From: Acidobacteriota bacterium
GTDB lineage: Bacteria > Acidobacteriota > Vicinamibacteria > Fen-336
Assembly (NCBI GenBank): GCA_016199625.1
Contig: JACQGI010000013.1
Coordinates: forward strand, 654-64,653
Length of the DNA stretch: 64,000 nucleotides
Direction of reading: 5' to 3'
Shown: one piece after another, positions 27,161 through 36,539 of the stretch
How positions within the stretch are numbered: position 1 is the stretch's first letter
Layout of the letters: each line of letters begins with the position of its first letter
Made by a program: the position numbers and the translations under genes
Notes under the pieces: generated by a model
What the model saw: the letters and a program-made list of their open reading frames with translations, nothing else
Told to the model about the DNA's origin: nothing
The model's database searches: none

Positions 27161-28702
27161 GTGCACGGCAACCTCACCGTCGTCCTCGAGATCCTCATCG
27201 TGGCCGCCACCGTCGGCGTGCTCGCGAAGCGCCTGCGCGTCCACTACAACATCGCCCTGGTCCTCGCCGGCGTGGCCGTGGGTGCGTCCCGCCTCGTTCC
27301 GAGGGTGGGCCTCGACCCCGAGATCGTCTTGCAGGTGTTCCTGCCCATCCTCCTCTTCGAAGCCGCGATCGCCACGGACCTGCGCCGGCTGCGAGAGAAC
27401 CTCGGGCCTGTGGTCCTCCTCTCGGTGCCGGGAATGCTCGCCTCGGTGGGCGTCGGCGGTGCGATCCTGCGGCTCGGCCTCGCGCTGCCCTGGGCGCTAG
27501 CCCTGCTCCTGGGGTCGATCCTCGCGACCACGGACACGATCGCCGTCATCGGCACGTTCCGCAAGGTCCGGGCCCCGGGCCGTCTGGCGACCATCGTGGA
27601 GAACGACAGCCTGTTCAACGACGGCACGGCTCTCGTCGCCTTCGCGACGATCCTCGCCGTCGTCCAGGAGGGCCGGTTCGACGCCGGCCAGCGTGCGGCG
27701 CAGCTCATTTGGGTGACCGCGGCCGGGCTCGCCGTCGGCGTAGCGGTGGGCTTCGTGGCGTCGCTCCTGATGCGGCGCACCGAGGACCACCTTCTCGAGA
27801 TCATGCTCACGGTTCTCGTCACGTACGGATCCGCCCTCCTCGCCGAGCGCATCCACGCCTCGGCCGTCCTCGCCGTCGTGGCCGCGGGGATCACCGTGGG
27901 CACCGTGGGCTGGCGGGGTCTCGCACCGACGGGGAAGGTCGCCATCCGCTCGTTCTGGGAGGTCGCGGCCTTCGGCGTCAACAGCGTCGTGTTCCTCCTG
28001 GTCGGACTCCAGGTGGAGTTCCCCGCCCTCGTCGCCGCGGCGCCGGCGATCGGCTGGGGCCTCGTGGCGGCGACGGCGGGTCGCGCGGCGGCGATCTATC
28101 CCTTCCTGGCGCTCCTCCACCTCCGCGGCGAGCCCGTACCTCTTCGTTGGCAGCACCTCCTCCTGTGGGGGAACCTCAAGGGCAGCCTTTCCATGGCACT
28201 GGCCCTGAGCCTGCCGCTCTCGCTTCACAACCGGGACCTCCTGGTGGCGGTGGTCTTCGGGTGCGCCCTCGTGACCCTCACCGTCCAGGGGCTGAGCCTG
28301 GCCGCCGTGGCGCGACGGCTCGGTCTCGGGCGCCCCGGCGCTGCAGAGCTTCGCCTCGAGGAAGAGCAGGGCCGGTTGCTCGCCGCGCGGGCGGGCCAGA
28401 CGGAGCTCGACCGCCTCCAGCACCTGGGCCTGCTCCCCATGGGCGTGTTCCAGAAGCTGCGTGCGGCGTACCAGGGGGTCGTCGCCCGGTCCGAGCGGCG
28501 TCTCCGGGACCTCCTCGTGCTCCACGCCCAGGAGGAGACCCGCCACGTCCAGGCCGTGAGGCGCCGGCTCCTCGTCGTGGAGAAGAGCGCGATCCGGGAC
28601 GCCGTGAACGCGGGGATCCTGAGCGAGGAGGTGGCGGCCGAGCTGTCGGCGGGCATCGACCGCGAGCTGTCCGAGCTGCCTGCGGGAGAAGGAAAGGGGT
28701 GA
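27161..28702 (+). CDS. Na+/H+ antiporter, CPA1 (NhaP-type)
   Basis: 513 aa and polytopic, with ATDTIAV and FNDGTALV motifs and a cytoplasmic helical tail. GTG start preceded by GGGAGAC. Confidence 0.85.
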   Translation: MHGNLTVVLEILIVAATVGVLAKRLRVHYNIALVLAGVAVGASRLVPRVGLDPEIVLQVFLPILLFEAAIATDLRRLRENLGPVVLLSVPGMLASVGVGGAILRLGLALPWALALLLGSILATTDTIAVIGTFRKVRAPGRLATIVENDSLFNDGTALVAFATILAVVQEGRFDAGQRAAQLIWVTAAGLAVGVAVGFVASLLMRRTEDHLLEIMLTVLVTYGSALLAERIHASAVLAVVAAGITVGTVGWRGLAPTGKVAIRSFWEVAAFGVNSVVFLLVGLQVEFPALVAAAPAIGWGLVAATAGRAAAIYPFLALLHLRGEPVPLRWQHLLLWGNLKGSLSMALALSLPLSLHNRDLLVAVVFGCALVTLTVQGLSLAAVARRLGLGRPGAAELRLEEEQGRLLAARAGQTELDRLQHLGLLPMGVFQKLRAAYQGVVARSERRLRDLLVLHAQEETRHVQAVRRRLLVVEKSAIRDAVNAGILSEEVAAELSAGIDRELSELPAGEGKG

Positions 28703-28704
28703 CC

Positions 28705-29799
28705 ATGTACATCGTGGTGGCCGGTGGGGGGCACATGGGAACGCACCTCGTCTCGCGCCTCGTCGCCGAAGCACACGAGACGGTGGTCATCGACGTGGAC
28801 CGCCAGGTCACCGAGCGGATCTTCGCCGAGCAGGGCGTCGTGGTGTACACGGGGAACGCCACCGACATCAACGTGCTGGAGCAGGCCGGGATCAAGCGCG
28901 CCGACGCCGCCGTGGCCATGACAGGCCGCGACTCCGACAACCTCTCGTTCTGCCTCCTGGCGCGCTACTACGGCGTCCCGCGTGTGCTGGCGCGCATGCT
29001 CAACCCCCAGTACGAGGTCCCGTACCGTCTCGTCGGCGCCACCAAGATCCACAGCGAGGCTGACATCCTCGTCAACTCCTTCCTCACGTCCATCGAGTAC
29101 CCGGAGATCGGGGCTCTGATGCAAGTCGGCAAGGGAGACCTCGTTGCGTTCGAGGCCCGCCTGCCGCCGGGGTCGCCCGTGGCGGGACGCACGGTGGCCG
29201 ACATCGTCCGCGGCCCGGACTTCCCACGCCGGTGCGTGTTCATCGGCGTCGAGTCCACGACGGGGGAGGTGGAGGTGCCCGTAGGAGGCACGGTGATCCA
29301 GGACGGCGCCGGAGTGATCCTCGCCGCGCACCGGCCCGACCTTCCGCAGCTCCTGCGTTGTCTGACCGCGGCTGCGCCGACGGCTCTCTCCCCCGTGCAA
29401 CAGGAGGCCCTCGGGACCCTGAGCCTCGTGGGCTTCCTCTCCGGCGTCTCGCGGGACGACCTCGCGGCCCTGGCGGTCGGGGCGCGCGCGGAGTCCCGCA
29501 AGGCGGGAGAAGTCCTCTACCGGACCGGCGAAGCCGGGGATCGGCTCTACATCCTCCGGAAAGGGGCCGTGGAGCTCGAGGGTCGCGGCCGGCGCAGCGT
29601 GCTGCGGCCGCCGGCCTACTTCGGCGAGATGGCGGCGCTCACCGGCGAGGCCCGCACGCAGACGGCGCGGGTGATCGAGGACGCCCAGCTGCTCGCTCTC
29701 GACAGCGGCGCGTTCCGGTCGGTGCTGCTCAGGAACCCGTTCCTCGCCCTCGAGCTGGCGAAGGCCTTGACGTCACCCTCCGGCGAGGGAGGCGACTGA
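28705..29799 (+). CDS. RCK protein (TrkA-N + TrkA-C) fused to a cyclic-nucleotide-binding domain
   Basis: C-terminal 364 aa of ORF 27709..29799. The ATG at 28705 is 2 nt after the nhaP stop. Rossmann motif VVAGGGHMG, a TrkA-C beta domain, then a cNMP domain (YFGEMAALTGEARTQTARV). Confidence 0.8.
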   Translation: MYIVVAGGGHMGTHLVSRLVAEAHETVVIDVDRQVTERIFAEQGVVVYTGNATDINVLEQAGIKRADAAVAMTGRDSDNLSFCLLARYYGVPRVLARMLNPQYEVPYRLVGATKIHSEADILVNSFLTSIEYPEIGALMQVGKGDLVAFEARLPPGSPVAGRTVADIVRGPDFPRRCVFIGVESTTGEVEVPVGGTVIQDGAGVILAAHRPDLPQLLRCLTAAAPTALSPVQQEALGTLSLVGFLSGVSRDDLAALAVGARAESRKAGEVLYRTGEAGDRLYILRKGAVELEGRGRRSVLRPPAYFGEMAALTGEARTQTARVIEDAQLLALDSGAFRSVLLRNPFLALELAKALTSPSGEGGD

Positions 29800-29825
29800 G
29801 CGTGGCCTGGCCGCCCGTCTCGGGC

Positions 29826-30530
29826 TCAGAGATGCCGCCGCTCGTCCTCTCCGGGCTCGTCGCGCCTGCGGGCCAGGCGCTCGAGGAGCTCCCGGGCGAG
29901 GTCCTTGCCGGCCAGTCCGAAGGCCAGGGAGAGGGCGAACACGACGCCGCCAAAGAGGATCGTGAACGAGGCGAGGAGCACGTGGCGTCCCACTCCCAGG
30001 TGCTCGAGGGCCATGGCCGCGAACAGGACCATGAGGGCCGTGTGGACGCCGGCGGCGAGCAGCCGTGCCGAGGGAAGCCCTGCGTTGACCGCCGCGATCA
30101 GGACGCTGCGCCGCAGGAAGCCGGCGGCCAGCGATCCCAGGATCAGGAGCCCTGCCGCGATCAATAGCTGTGGCAGGTACGTGAAGGTGCGTGACACCAG
30201 ATCCATGGCGAACTGCAGGTTCAGGGCCCCGATCGCCAGCAGGACGAAGACGCCCAGCACGGCCCACGAGACGGCCGCGGCCGCGACGGCCGACGGGGCG
30301 ACGGCGATCCCTCCTTTCTGGAGGATCACCGACAGGCCCAGGCGTTGGGCGAAGCGGTCGAATCCCAGACGCGGCAGCAGGAGCCGCAGCCCCACCCGCA
30401 CCGCCACGGCAGCGAGCACGCCCACCGCGAGGATCAGGACCATGGCGAGGAGGTTGGGGCCGAAGGCCGCCAGGCGATCGGCGAACCCCGTGAGGGTCTT
30501 CTGGACGATCTCGTTCAGGAACTGCCACAT
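29826..30530 (-). CDS. membrane protein with repeated 'conserved TM helix' modules (MscS-associated type)
   Basis: C-terminal 234 aa of ORF 29826..30860(-), from the ATG at 30530: MWQFLNEIVQKTLTGFADRLAAFGPNLLAMVLILAVGVL... It has repeated helix modules and an acidic tail. Confidence 0.55.
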   Translation of the reverse strand: MWQFLNEIVQKTLTGFADRLAAFGPNLLAMVLILAVGVLAAVAVRVGLRLLLPRLGFDRFAQRLGLSVILQKGGIAVAPSAVAAAAVSWAVLGVFVLLAIGALNLQFAMDLVSRTFTYLPQLLIAAGLLILGSLAAGFLRRSVLIAAVNAGLPSARLLAAGVHTALMVLFAAMALEHLGVGRHVLLASFTILFGGVVFALSLAFGLAGKDLARELLERLARRRDEPGEDERRHL

Positions 30531-30550
30531 GGCGCGCCTCCGTAGAGCCC

Positions 30551-31807
30551 CTATCCCCAGAGCGCGAGGAGATAGGGCTTCTGCCTCACGAACTCGTCGG
30601 CGAGGGCTCGGATGATGGCCTCGACCTCGTCGGCGCCGCTCGACTCCGTGCGGAGCACGAACGAGGCGGTCCGACCCAAGTAGAGGGGATAGAGCGACCG
30701 CAGGAGCTGCTCGCCGGGCAGCACGCGGCGGTGGTACGACGCGGCGAACTCGTAGACGACCCGGACCCAGAGCCGGTCGGGTAGCTCGAAGGGAAGAGTC
30801 GAGGCCCCGGCGAGGTGGCGGACCGCGGCGAGGGTCTCGGGCTCGAGCGCCTTCTCCCATACCTCCCCCAGGTCCCGCGCCCCCTGGCGGAAGATGGCGA
30901 GCATGCGCTCGACGTTCACCGGCACGGGCTCGAGGCCCACTCCGTGGGGGAACCCGAAGAGGGGCACCTCCTCCGCCCCCGCCACCCTGGGCCAGACCTC
31001 ACGATAGGTGTTCATCAGGTCGAAGACCGAGGACGCCACCTGCACGAGCATCCCGGCCAGGTCGGCGCCGGGGTCCTTGGCGTCGTGGATCTTCGCTCCG
31101 AGGAACGACTGGCAGACGCGGAAGCCTCCCGCCAGCGCCGTGGTGGTCATCCAGACGTCGATGCCGAAGCGGGCCACGTTCGACTCCCACACGGGCTGCG
31201 CGAGGTAGTGGGCGGCGAGACGTCCGGAGAAGCCGAAGTCGCCCCCGATCGGTTGCCGCACCTCACGGCCGTAGAGCGCGCGGGTGAGCGGGTACACGAT
31301 GGAGTTCGTGATGGTGCCGTCGTACTTGTGGCGGAGGTACAGGGGGGACACGAAGTCGAAGTCCTGCTGTATCAAGGGGCCGAGCAGCAGCTCCATCCAC
31401 ACCGGCGTGATGCTGCGGAGATCCGAGTCCACGACTGCGCAGGCCCGAACCTTCAGCCGCTCGGCGATGGCGAAGATGGTCCTGAAGGCGCTCCCTTTGC
31501 CGGGGATGCCGTGGTACGGCGTCACGATCTTGTGGACCGGGCTGAGCGCGTGCGAGACCAGGATGGTCCCGGGGTTCGCGATCTCCGCGGCGGCCACCGC
31601 CTCGGGCGTCCCGTCGCTCGATCCGCCGTCGGAGTTCACGATCGCGGCCCGCCGGTCCGGGAAGTACTTCGCCAGGCCCGCCGTGGCCGCTCGCACGACG
31701 TGGCCGATGGTTCGGGCGCTGTTGAAGCTCGGGATGCCGACGAGGAGGTCCACCTCCCCGATCTCGTGCAGGCGGGCCTCGACCGCCGGCTGGAGGGGGA
31801 CGCTCAC
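30551..31807 (-). CDS. GT-A fold glycosyltransferase of unresolved specificity, co-operonic with gpgS/gpgP
   Basis: C-terminal 418 aa of ORF 30551..32911(-). The GTG at 31807 overlaps the phosphatase stop (GTGA). Sequence DLLVGIPSFNSARTIGHVV...IVNSDGGSSDGT...AVVDSDLRSI (DxD-like). Confidence 0.7.
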   Translation of the reverse strand: MSVPLQPAVEARLHEIGEVDLLVGIPSFNSARTIGHVVRAATAGLAKYFPDRRAAIVNSDGGSSDGTPEAVAAAEIANPGTILVSHALSPVHKIVTPYHGIPGKGSAFRTIFAIAERLKVRACAVVDSDLRSITPVWMELLLGPLIQQDFDFVSPLYLRHKYDGTITNSIVYPLTRALYGREVRQPIGGDFGFSGRLAAHYLAQPVWESNVARFGIDVWMTTTALAGGFRVCQSFLGAKIHDAKDPGADLAGMLVQVASSVFDLMNTYREVWPRVAGAEEVPLFGFPHGVGLEPVPVNVERMLAIFRQGARDLGEVWEKALEPETLAAVRHLAGASTLPFELPDRLWVRVVYEFAASYHRRVLPGEQLLRSLYPLYLGRTASFVLRTESSGADEVEAIIRALADEFVRQKPYLLALWG

Positions 31808-32640
31808 GGCGCTGCGACAGCCGGCAGCCGGCCCTCCCCGAGAATCGTGAGGACGGCCGCGTTCCAGCCCGCCGGGCCGGGGGCGGGCGCCCGCTCGGCG
31901 CGCGGCAGACGCGCCGCGAGTGTCGGATCGAGCCCGCCGCCGGGCCGCGGCACGACCACGGCCCGGTCCACGACCTCGAGGAGCGGGAGGTCGTTGGCCG
32001 AGTCGCCCAGCCCCACGGTCGTGAACGCGCGCCCTTCGGCCGCGTGGAGGTCGAGCAGCGCTCGGAGCGCCCGGCCCTTGTCCGTCGGCCCCGTCAGGTG
32101 GAAGAAGCGGCCCCCGCGGGTCACGGCGAGTCCTCGCCTCCGGGCCGCCTCGGTGACCGCCGCTTCGGCGCCGGGGGGGTCCAGGAGGAACGGCTCGTCG
32201 TACTCCCGGGCCAGGGCCAGGCGGGCGGCGGGCACCGGCAGCCCCGTGAGGCGGGCGACGTCCTCGGGGGAGAGCGAGGCGAAGCCCACGACCCGGGCCC
32301 CGGCTTCGGCCGCGATCGCGCCCAGGGTGCGGACGAGGGCGGGCCGGCGCGCGCCGAGGGCGAGAACCCACGCCGCGCCGTCGTCCCGGGCCCCCGCGGG
32401 CGCCCCACGCAGATGATCCCGGGGGATGACCAGGGCGCCGCCGTTCTCCACCACGAGGGGGGCGGTCAGGCCGAGGGTGCGGGCCAGGGGCTCCATCTCG
32501 GCGCGCGTCTTGCTGCTGCACAGGACCAGAATTGCCCGGCGCTCCCTGAGGGCCGACAGGGCTTCGCGCGCGTCGTCGAAGGCGTAGGTCTCGTCGTCGA
32601 GGAGCGTCCCGTCGAGGTCCGTGGCGACGAGGAGCGGCAC
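31804..32640 (-). CDS. gpgP: HAD-IIB glucosyl/mannosyl-3-phosphoglycerate phosphatase (MpgP/YedP family)
   Basis: C-terminal 278 aa of ORF 31804..33171(-), from the GTG at 32640. Motifs VATDLDGTLL, LCSSKT, GDSANDLPLL and FHLTGPTDKG. Confidence 0.75.
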   Translation of the reverse strand: MPLLVATDLDGTLLDDETYAFDDAREALSALRERRAILVLCSSKTRAEMEPLARTLGLTAPLVVENGGALVIPRDHLRGAPAGARDDGAAWVLALGARRPALVRTLGAIAAEAGARVVGFASLSPEDVARLTGLPVPAARLALAREYDEPFLLDPPGAEAAVTEAARRRGLAVTRGGRFFHLTGPTDKGRALRALLDLHAAEGRAFTTVGLGDSANDLPLLEVVDRAVVVPRPGGGLDPTLAARLPRAERAPAPGPAGWNAAVLTILGEGRLPAVAAP

Positions 32641-32642
32641 CG

Positions 32643-33890
32643 TCAGGGCGCGCTCGCGTCGCCGCCGTTCTGCGCCAGGACCGCGGCGTTGCCCTGCTGG
32701 ACCGCGGCCACGAGTCGCGCGCCGGCGTCGGGCACCCCCGCCCACACCCGGGTCCAGTTGGGAACGAGCGGTACCCCGAGGGGATCGACGAGGAACTCCT
32801 CGATGGAGGAGCGCAGGGCCTGGGAGAAGACGTGGACGGTCCGCTCCTCCTCGTGGCGGTCGTAGAAGAGGCCGTTGATCGTGGCCACGGAGTAGCTGTC
32901 CGAGACGGCATCCTCGGCCTCGCGCTGGTACGCGGCCAGGAGGCTGCGCAGCAGGCCGTCGGGCAGGCTCACCCCCGCCGCCGCCAGGGTCCGGAGGAGG
33001 TGCTTCACCACGTCCCTCGCCATGCGGTGCAGCCCCTTCGATGCGTCGTCCGGCGAGAGGTCCTGGTGCTTGTGGTCGTACCGTTCGGCCAGCTCCACCT
33101 GGCAGATGCGCACCGGGGCGCGGTGGCGCAGGGCCTCGAAGAGGATCACGATCTCGAGGCCCCAGTCGCACGGAAGCCGCATGCGCTCGGCCAGGTCGAT
33201 CTTCGTCGCGAACTCCCCCGAGAGCGCGTACCGGAACGACGAGAGGTAGCGGATGTACGGGTCCATGCCCATGAGGCGCGTGAAGGCCATGAGGAGCGGG
33301 GTCAGGAGGAGGCGCGTCACACGGCCGTGGAGGCGATCGGACACCCGCGCGTAGTAGCCCTTCACGAAGTCGAAGTCCACGGTCGGATCGATGGCGGGCA
33401 GCACCAGCCGCGCCAGCATCTCCCGGGAGTAGTTCACCACGTCGGCGTCCTGGAAGGCGAGGTACTCCACCCGCTCCTCGGCGAGGACGTAGCCCATGGC
33501 GACCCAGCAGGCCCGCCCCTTGCCCGGCTCGCCGACGTACAGACCCGCCGCCTCCATCTGTCGCAGGAACTCCTGGACGGCGGGCGACTCGTTCCAGACG
33601 ACGACCTTCCGGCCCGGGTAGGGGACGAAGTACTCGTGGGCCCGGGCGAAGTCGGCGTCGGTCGCCTTGTTGAGCGAGATCACGAGGGTATCGAGGTAGT
33701 CCACACGGCTGAGCTCGCGCAGGATGCCGGCGAGGGCCGGGCGATCCATCTCGCTCGGGAGCATGGGGATCACGAGGGCCACGGGGAAGCGGCGGGTCAG
33801 GGCCCGGATGCGCTCCTCGAGCTCCTCGACGGGGCGCGCCACGAGGCGCGGGAGCGCCGTGACGGGACCGCTCTGGTGGAAGTCGCTCAT
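32643..33890 (-). CDS. gpgS: glucosyl-3-phosphoglycerate synthase (GT81-like)
   Basis: C-terminal 415 aa of ORF 32643..36200(-), from the ATG at 33890 with RBS AAGGAGG. Starts MSDFHQSGPVTALPRL, then GKGRACW, FQDADVV (DxD) and GRVTRLLLTPLL, colinear with GpgS as I recall it. Confidence 0.75.
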   Translation of the reverse strand: MSDFHQSGPVTALPRLVARPVEELEERIRALTRRFPVALVIPMLPSEMDRPALAGILRELSRVDYLDTLVISLNKATDADFARAHEYFVPYPGRKVVVWNESPAVQEFLRQMEAAGLYVGEPGKGRACWVAMGYVLAEERVEYLAFQDADVVNYSREMLARLVLPAIDPTVDFDFVKGYYARVSDRLHGRVTRLLLTPLLMAFTRLMGMDPYIRYLSSFRYALSGEFATKIDLAERMRLPCDWGLEIVILFEALRHRAPVRICQVELAERYDHKHQDLSPDDASKGLHRMARDVVKHLLRTLAAAGVSLPDGLLRSLLAAYQREAEDAVSDSYSVATINGLFYDRHEEERTVHVFSQALRSSIEEFLVDPLGVPLVPNWTRVWAGVPDAGARLVAAVQQGNAAVLAQNGGDASAP

Positions 33891-35197
33891 GGGGCCTCCT
33901 TCGTTGGCGTCCTCGCTCCGCCTCCTGCGACGGGCACCGACGTCGGCGCGCTGCGGCGTATCGCCCAGACTAGGGCCGGAGGCGTGGCCATGGTGGTCGC
34001 GACCACCATGAACACCGCGGCGGCGTAGGTTCCCACGTCGACCACCGGGCGTCCTTCGAGGACGAGCTGCGCGCCGATCCCCGCGAAGATCAGGCCGACC
34101 TCGCCCCGGGGCATCATGCCGAGCCCTACGACGAGACCCGACATCCCCCGTGGGACGGCCAGGGCGCACGCCCATTTGCCGACGATGGCGGCGAGGGTGA
34201 GGACGGCGGCGAAGCCGAGGACCGACGGGTTCGCGAAGGACCCCACGTCCACCAGCATCCCCATGCGCACGAAGAACACGGGGACCAGGAGGCCGATCAA
34301 GGGCTCGAGGCTCTCGTGGAGCGATCGCTCGCCGCGCTCCACGTGGGCCTCGAAGTGGGCCTCCTCGAGGACGAGGCCGGCGGCGAAGGCCCCGACGATG
34401 GGAGCGAGGCCCGCGACCATGGCCAGGTAGGACAGGCCGAAGCAGAACGACAGGGAGAGCGCCTGCACGATCCCCGCCGAGCGGAGGGCCAGGGCCGTGC
34501 GGAAGATCCGCGGCGAGAGCACGGACCCCACGACCAGCGCCCCTACGAGGAACGCGAAGGCCTTGACGACGATCAGGACCACGGCACCGAGGCTCAGGGT
34601 CGTGCCCGTGGCCGCCGCCGTGATGATCCCCGAGATCACGGCGAGGACGAGGAGCCCGAGGACGTCGTCGATCACCGCTGCTCCCAGGATGATCCGCGCG
34701 AACGGGGTCCTGAGGGCGCCGGCGTCCTTCAGGACCCGGGCGGTGATCCCCACGCTCGTGGCGCACAGCATCGCCCCGAGGAAGGCGTGGAACATCAACG
34801 ACTCCCGTGGACGCATCATCTCGCCCACGCCGAAGCCCAGGAGCATCGGTGTGACGACGCCCACGACCGCCACGAGGGTGGCCCGCCCCCCCACGGCCAT
34901 CATCTCCCGGGGCGTCGACTCGAGACCGACGTGGAACAGGAGCAGGATCGCGCCCAGCTCGGCCAGGACCGAGAAGCTCTCGTTCTGAGCCAGCGCGTGC
35001 ATCTCGGGCCCGCCGGCGAGGGCGAGGTTGCCCAGCACGATCCCCACGACGAGCTCCCCCAGGACGGCGGGCTGTCCCACGCGGGCGAACAGCTCTCCGG
35101 CGAGCTTCGCCGACACGAGGACGAAAGCGAGGGTCAGCAGCACGATGGGCACGGCGTCGGCGCCGTGTCCGGCGGAGGCGAGGATGAGCAGGCTCAA
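33887..35197 (-). CDS. cation:proton antiporter, CPA2 (Kef/NapA-like, no RCK domain)
   Basis: 436 aa and polytopic, with QPAVLGELVVGIVLGN near the N-terminus. TTG start after GGGAGG. Its stop overlaps the gpgS ATG (ATGA). Confidence 0.85.
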   Translation of the reverse strand: MSLLILASAGHGADAVPIVLLTLAFVLVSAKLAGELFARVGQPAVLGELVVGIVLGNLALAGGPEMHALAQNESFSVLAELGAILLLFHVGLESTPREMMAVGGRATLVAVVGVVTPMLLGFGVGEMMRPRESLMFHAFLGAMLCATSVGITARVLKDAGALRTPFARIILGAAVIDDVLGLLVLAVISGIITAAATGTTLSLGAVVLIVVKAFAFLVGALVVGSVLSPRIFRTALALRSAGIVQALSLSFCFGLSYLAMVAGLAPIVGAFAAGLVLEEAHFEAHVERGERSLHESLEPLIGLLVPVFFVRMGMLVDVGSFANPSVLGFAAVLTLAAIVGKWACALAVPRGMSGLVVGLGMMPRGEVGLIFAGIGAQLVLEGRPVVDVGTYAAAVFMVVATTMATPPALVWAIRRSAPTSVPVAGGGARTPTKEAP

Positions 35198-35431
35198 GCG
35201 TTCCTCCCGTGGGGAAGGGGCCGACGGCTCGCGGGAGGTCGGCTCGGCTCTCGCCGGAGGCGAGCGGCCTCCTCTGGACGCGCCAGGGACTCCGCGCGTC
35301 TAGCGGTGCGGGCGGACGGGCGGATCGTGCTGCGAGCTCGGGTCCGCCTTGGGGTGCGTCGGCGCCAGGGCCGGCGCGGAGACCGTGAAGGCCATGGCGT
35401 CCTCCGGCGGCATCATAACCCGGCGCGAGCT

Positions 35432-36502
35432 TCAGTGGGCGCGGAGGATGTCCAGGCGGTAGATGCGCAGGGCCGAGAGCAGGAGCGACAGGATCACGGG
35501 TCCGACGAGGAAACCGAGCGGCCCGAAGGAGAAGAGGCCCCCGAGGATCGCGAGGAAGCCCAGCAGGGGGTGGATCTGGGCCGCCTCGCGCAGGAGCAGG
35601 GGCTTCACGAAGTTGTCGATGGTGCTGATGAAGAGCAGGCCGTAGACGAGCAACCCCGCGGCCTTCCACGTCGCGCCGGTGGCGAAGAGATAGGCGCAGG
35701 CCGGCACCCAGCCCAGGGGCGAACCCAGGATGGGAACCAGGGCCGCGAGCACCACCATCACGCCCCAGAGGACGGCCGAGGGCACGCCGAAGATCCAGAA
35801 GCCGATGGTGGCCAGAATGCCCTGTGCCACGGGGACGAGCGCCATGGCCTGGAGCACGCCCTTCACCGTCCGCCCCAGGTGGTTGAAGATCTCGTCCTCC
35901 TGCCTGTCGGACAGCGGCGAGATGCGGCGCAGCTCGGCGCGGAGCCGCGCTCCGTCCCGGAGGAGGAAGAACAGGATGAGAAGGAACAGCGCCACCTCGA
36001 AGAGAGCGGTCGTGAGGCCGGCGACGGTCCTCTGGATGAGGGCGTTGGCCGTCGCGGCGAGGCGCGAGAGCGCATCGGAGACGAGCGGGGTGAGGCGCTC
36101 CTCGCTCGGGAGCCACGCCGCCACCCCTGGGAAACGCTCGGGCAGCGTCTCCTGCCAGAGCCGCTCGAGCGCCGCGGGCTGCAAGTGGGGCTTCAGCCAC
36201 TCGAAGAAGGCCCCGGCCTGGTTCCCCAGCAGAGCGGCGAGGCTGAGGACGGGGACGAGGATCAGCGCGGTGCAGGCGAGCACGACGAGCGCGGAGGCCA
36301 ACGAGCTCCGCCCGCCCACGAGGCGGGAGAGCGCTCTCTGGAGGGGGTTCAGGAGCAGTGCGACCGCCGCGGCCACGGTGAACACGAGGACGAAGTGCCG
36401 GAAGACGAGGAAGGCGAGGTAGAGGGCGAAGACCAGGCTGGCGACGAGCGGCACGAGGATCACGGGACGGCTCGTGAGCGGCTTCTCCCCGGGCGCGCTC
36501 AT
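35432..36502 (-). CDS. AI-2E family (PerM/UPF0118) transporter
   Basis: 356 aa with 7-8 TM helices and the typical layout (LLNPLQRALSR..., VPILGSPLGWVPA, IHPLLGFLAILGG). Confidence 0.85.
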   Translation of the reverse strand: MSAPGEKPLTSRPVILVPLVASLVFALYLAFLVFRHFVLVFTVAAAVALLLNPLQRALSRLVGGRSSLASALVVLACTALILVPVLSLAALLGNQAGAFFEWLKPHLQPAALERLWQETLPERFPGVAAWLPSEERLTPLVSDALSRLAATANALIQRTVAGLTTALFEVALFLLILFFLLRDGARLRAELRRISPLSDRQEDEIFNHLGRTVKGVLQAMALVPVAQGILATIGFWIFGVPSAVLWGVMVVLAALVPILGSPLGWVPACAYLFATGATWKAAGLLVYGLLFISTIDNFVKPLLLREAAQIHPLLGFLAILGGLFSFGPLGFLVGPVILSLLLSALRIYRLDILRAH

Positions 36503-36539
36503 GGTCTCACCCGGAGGATACCTCAGGCCGGCGGCGGGG

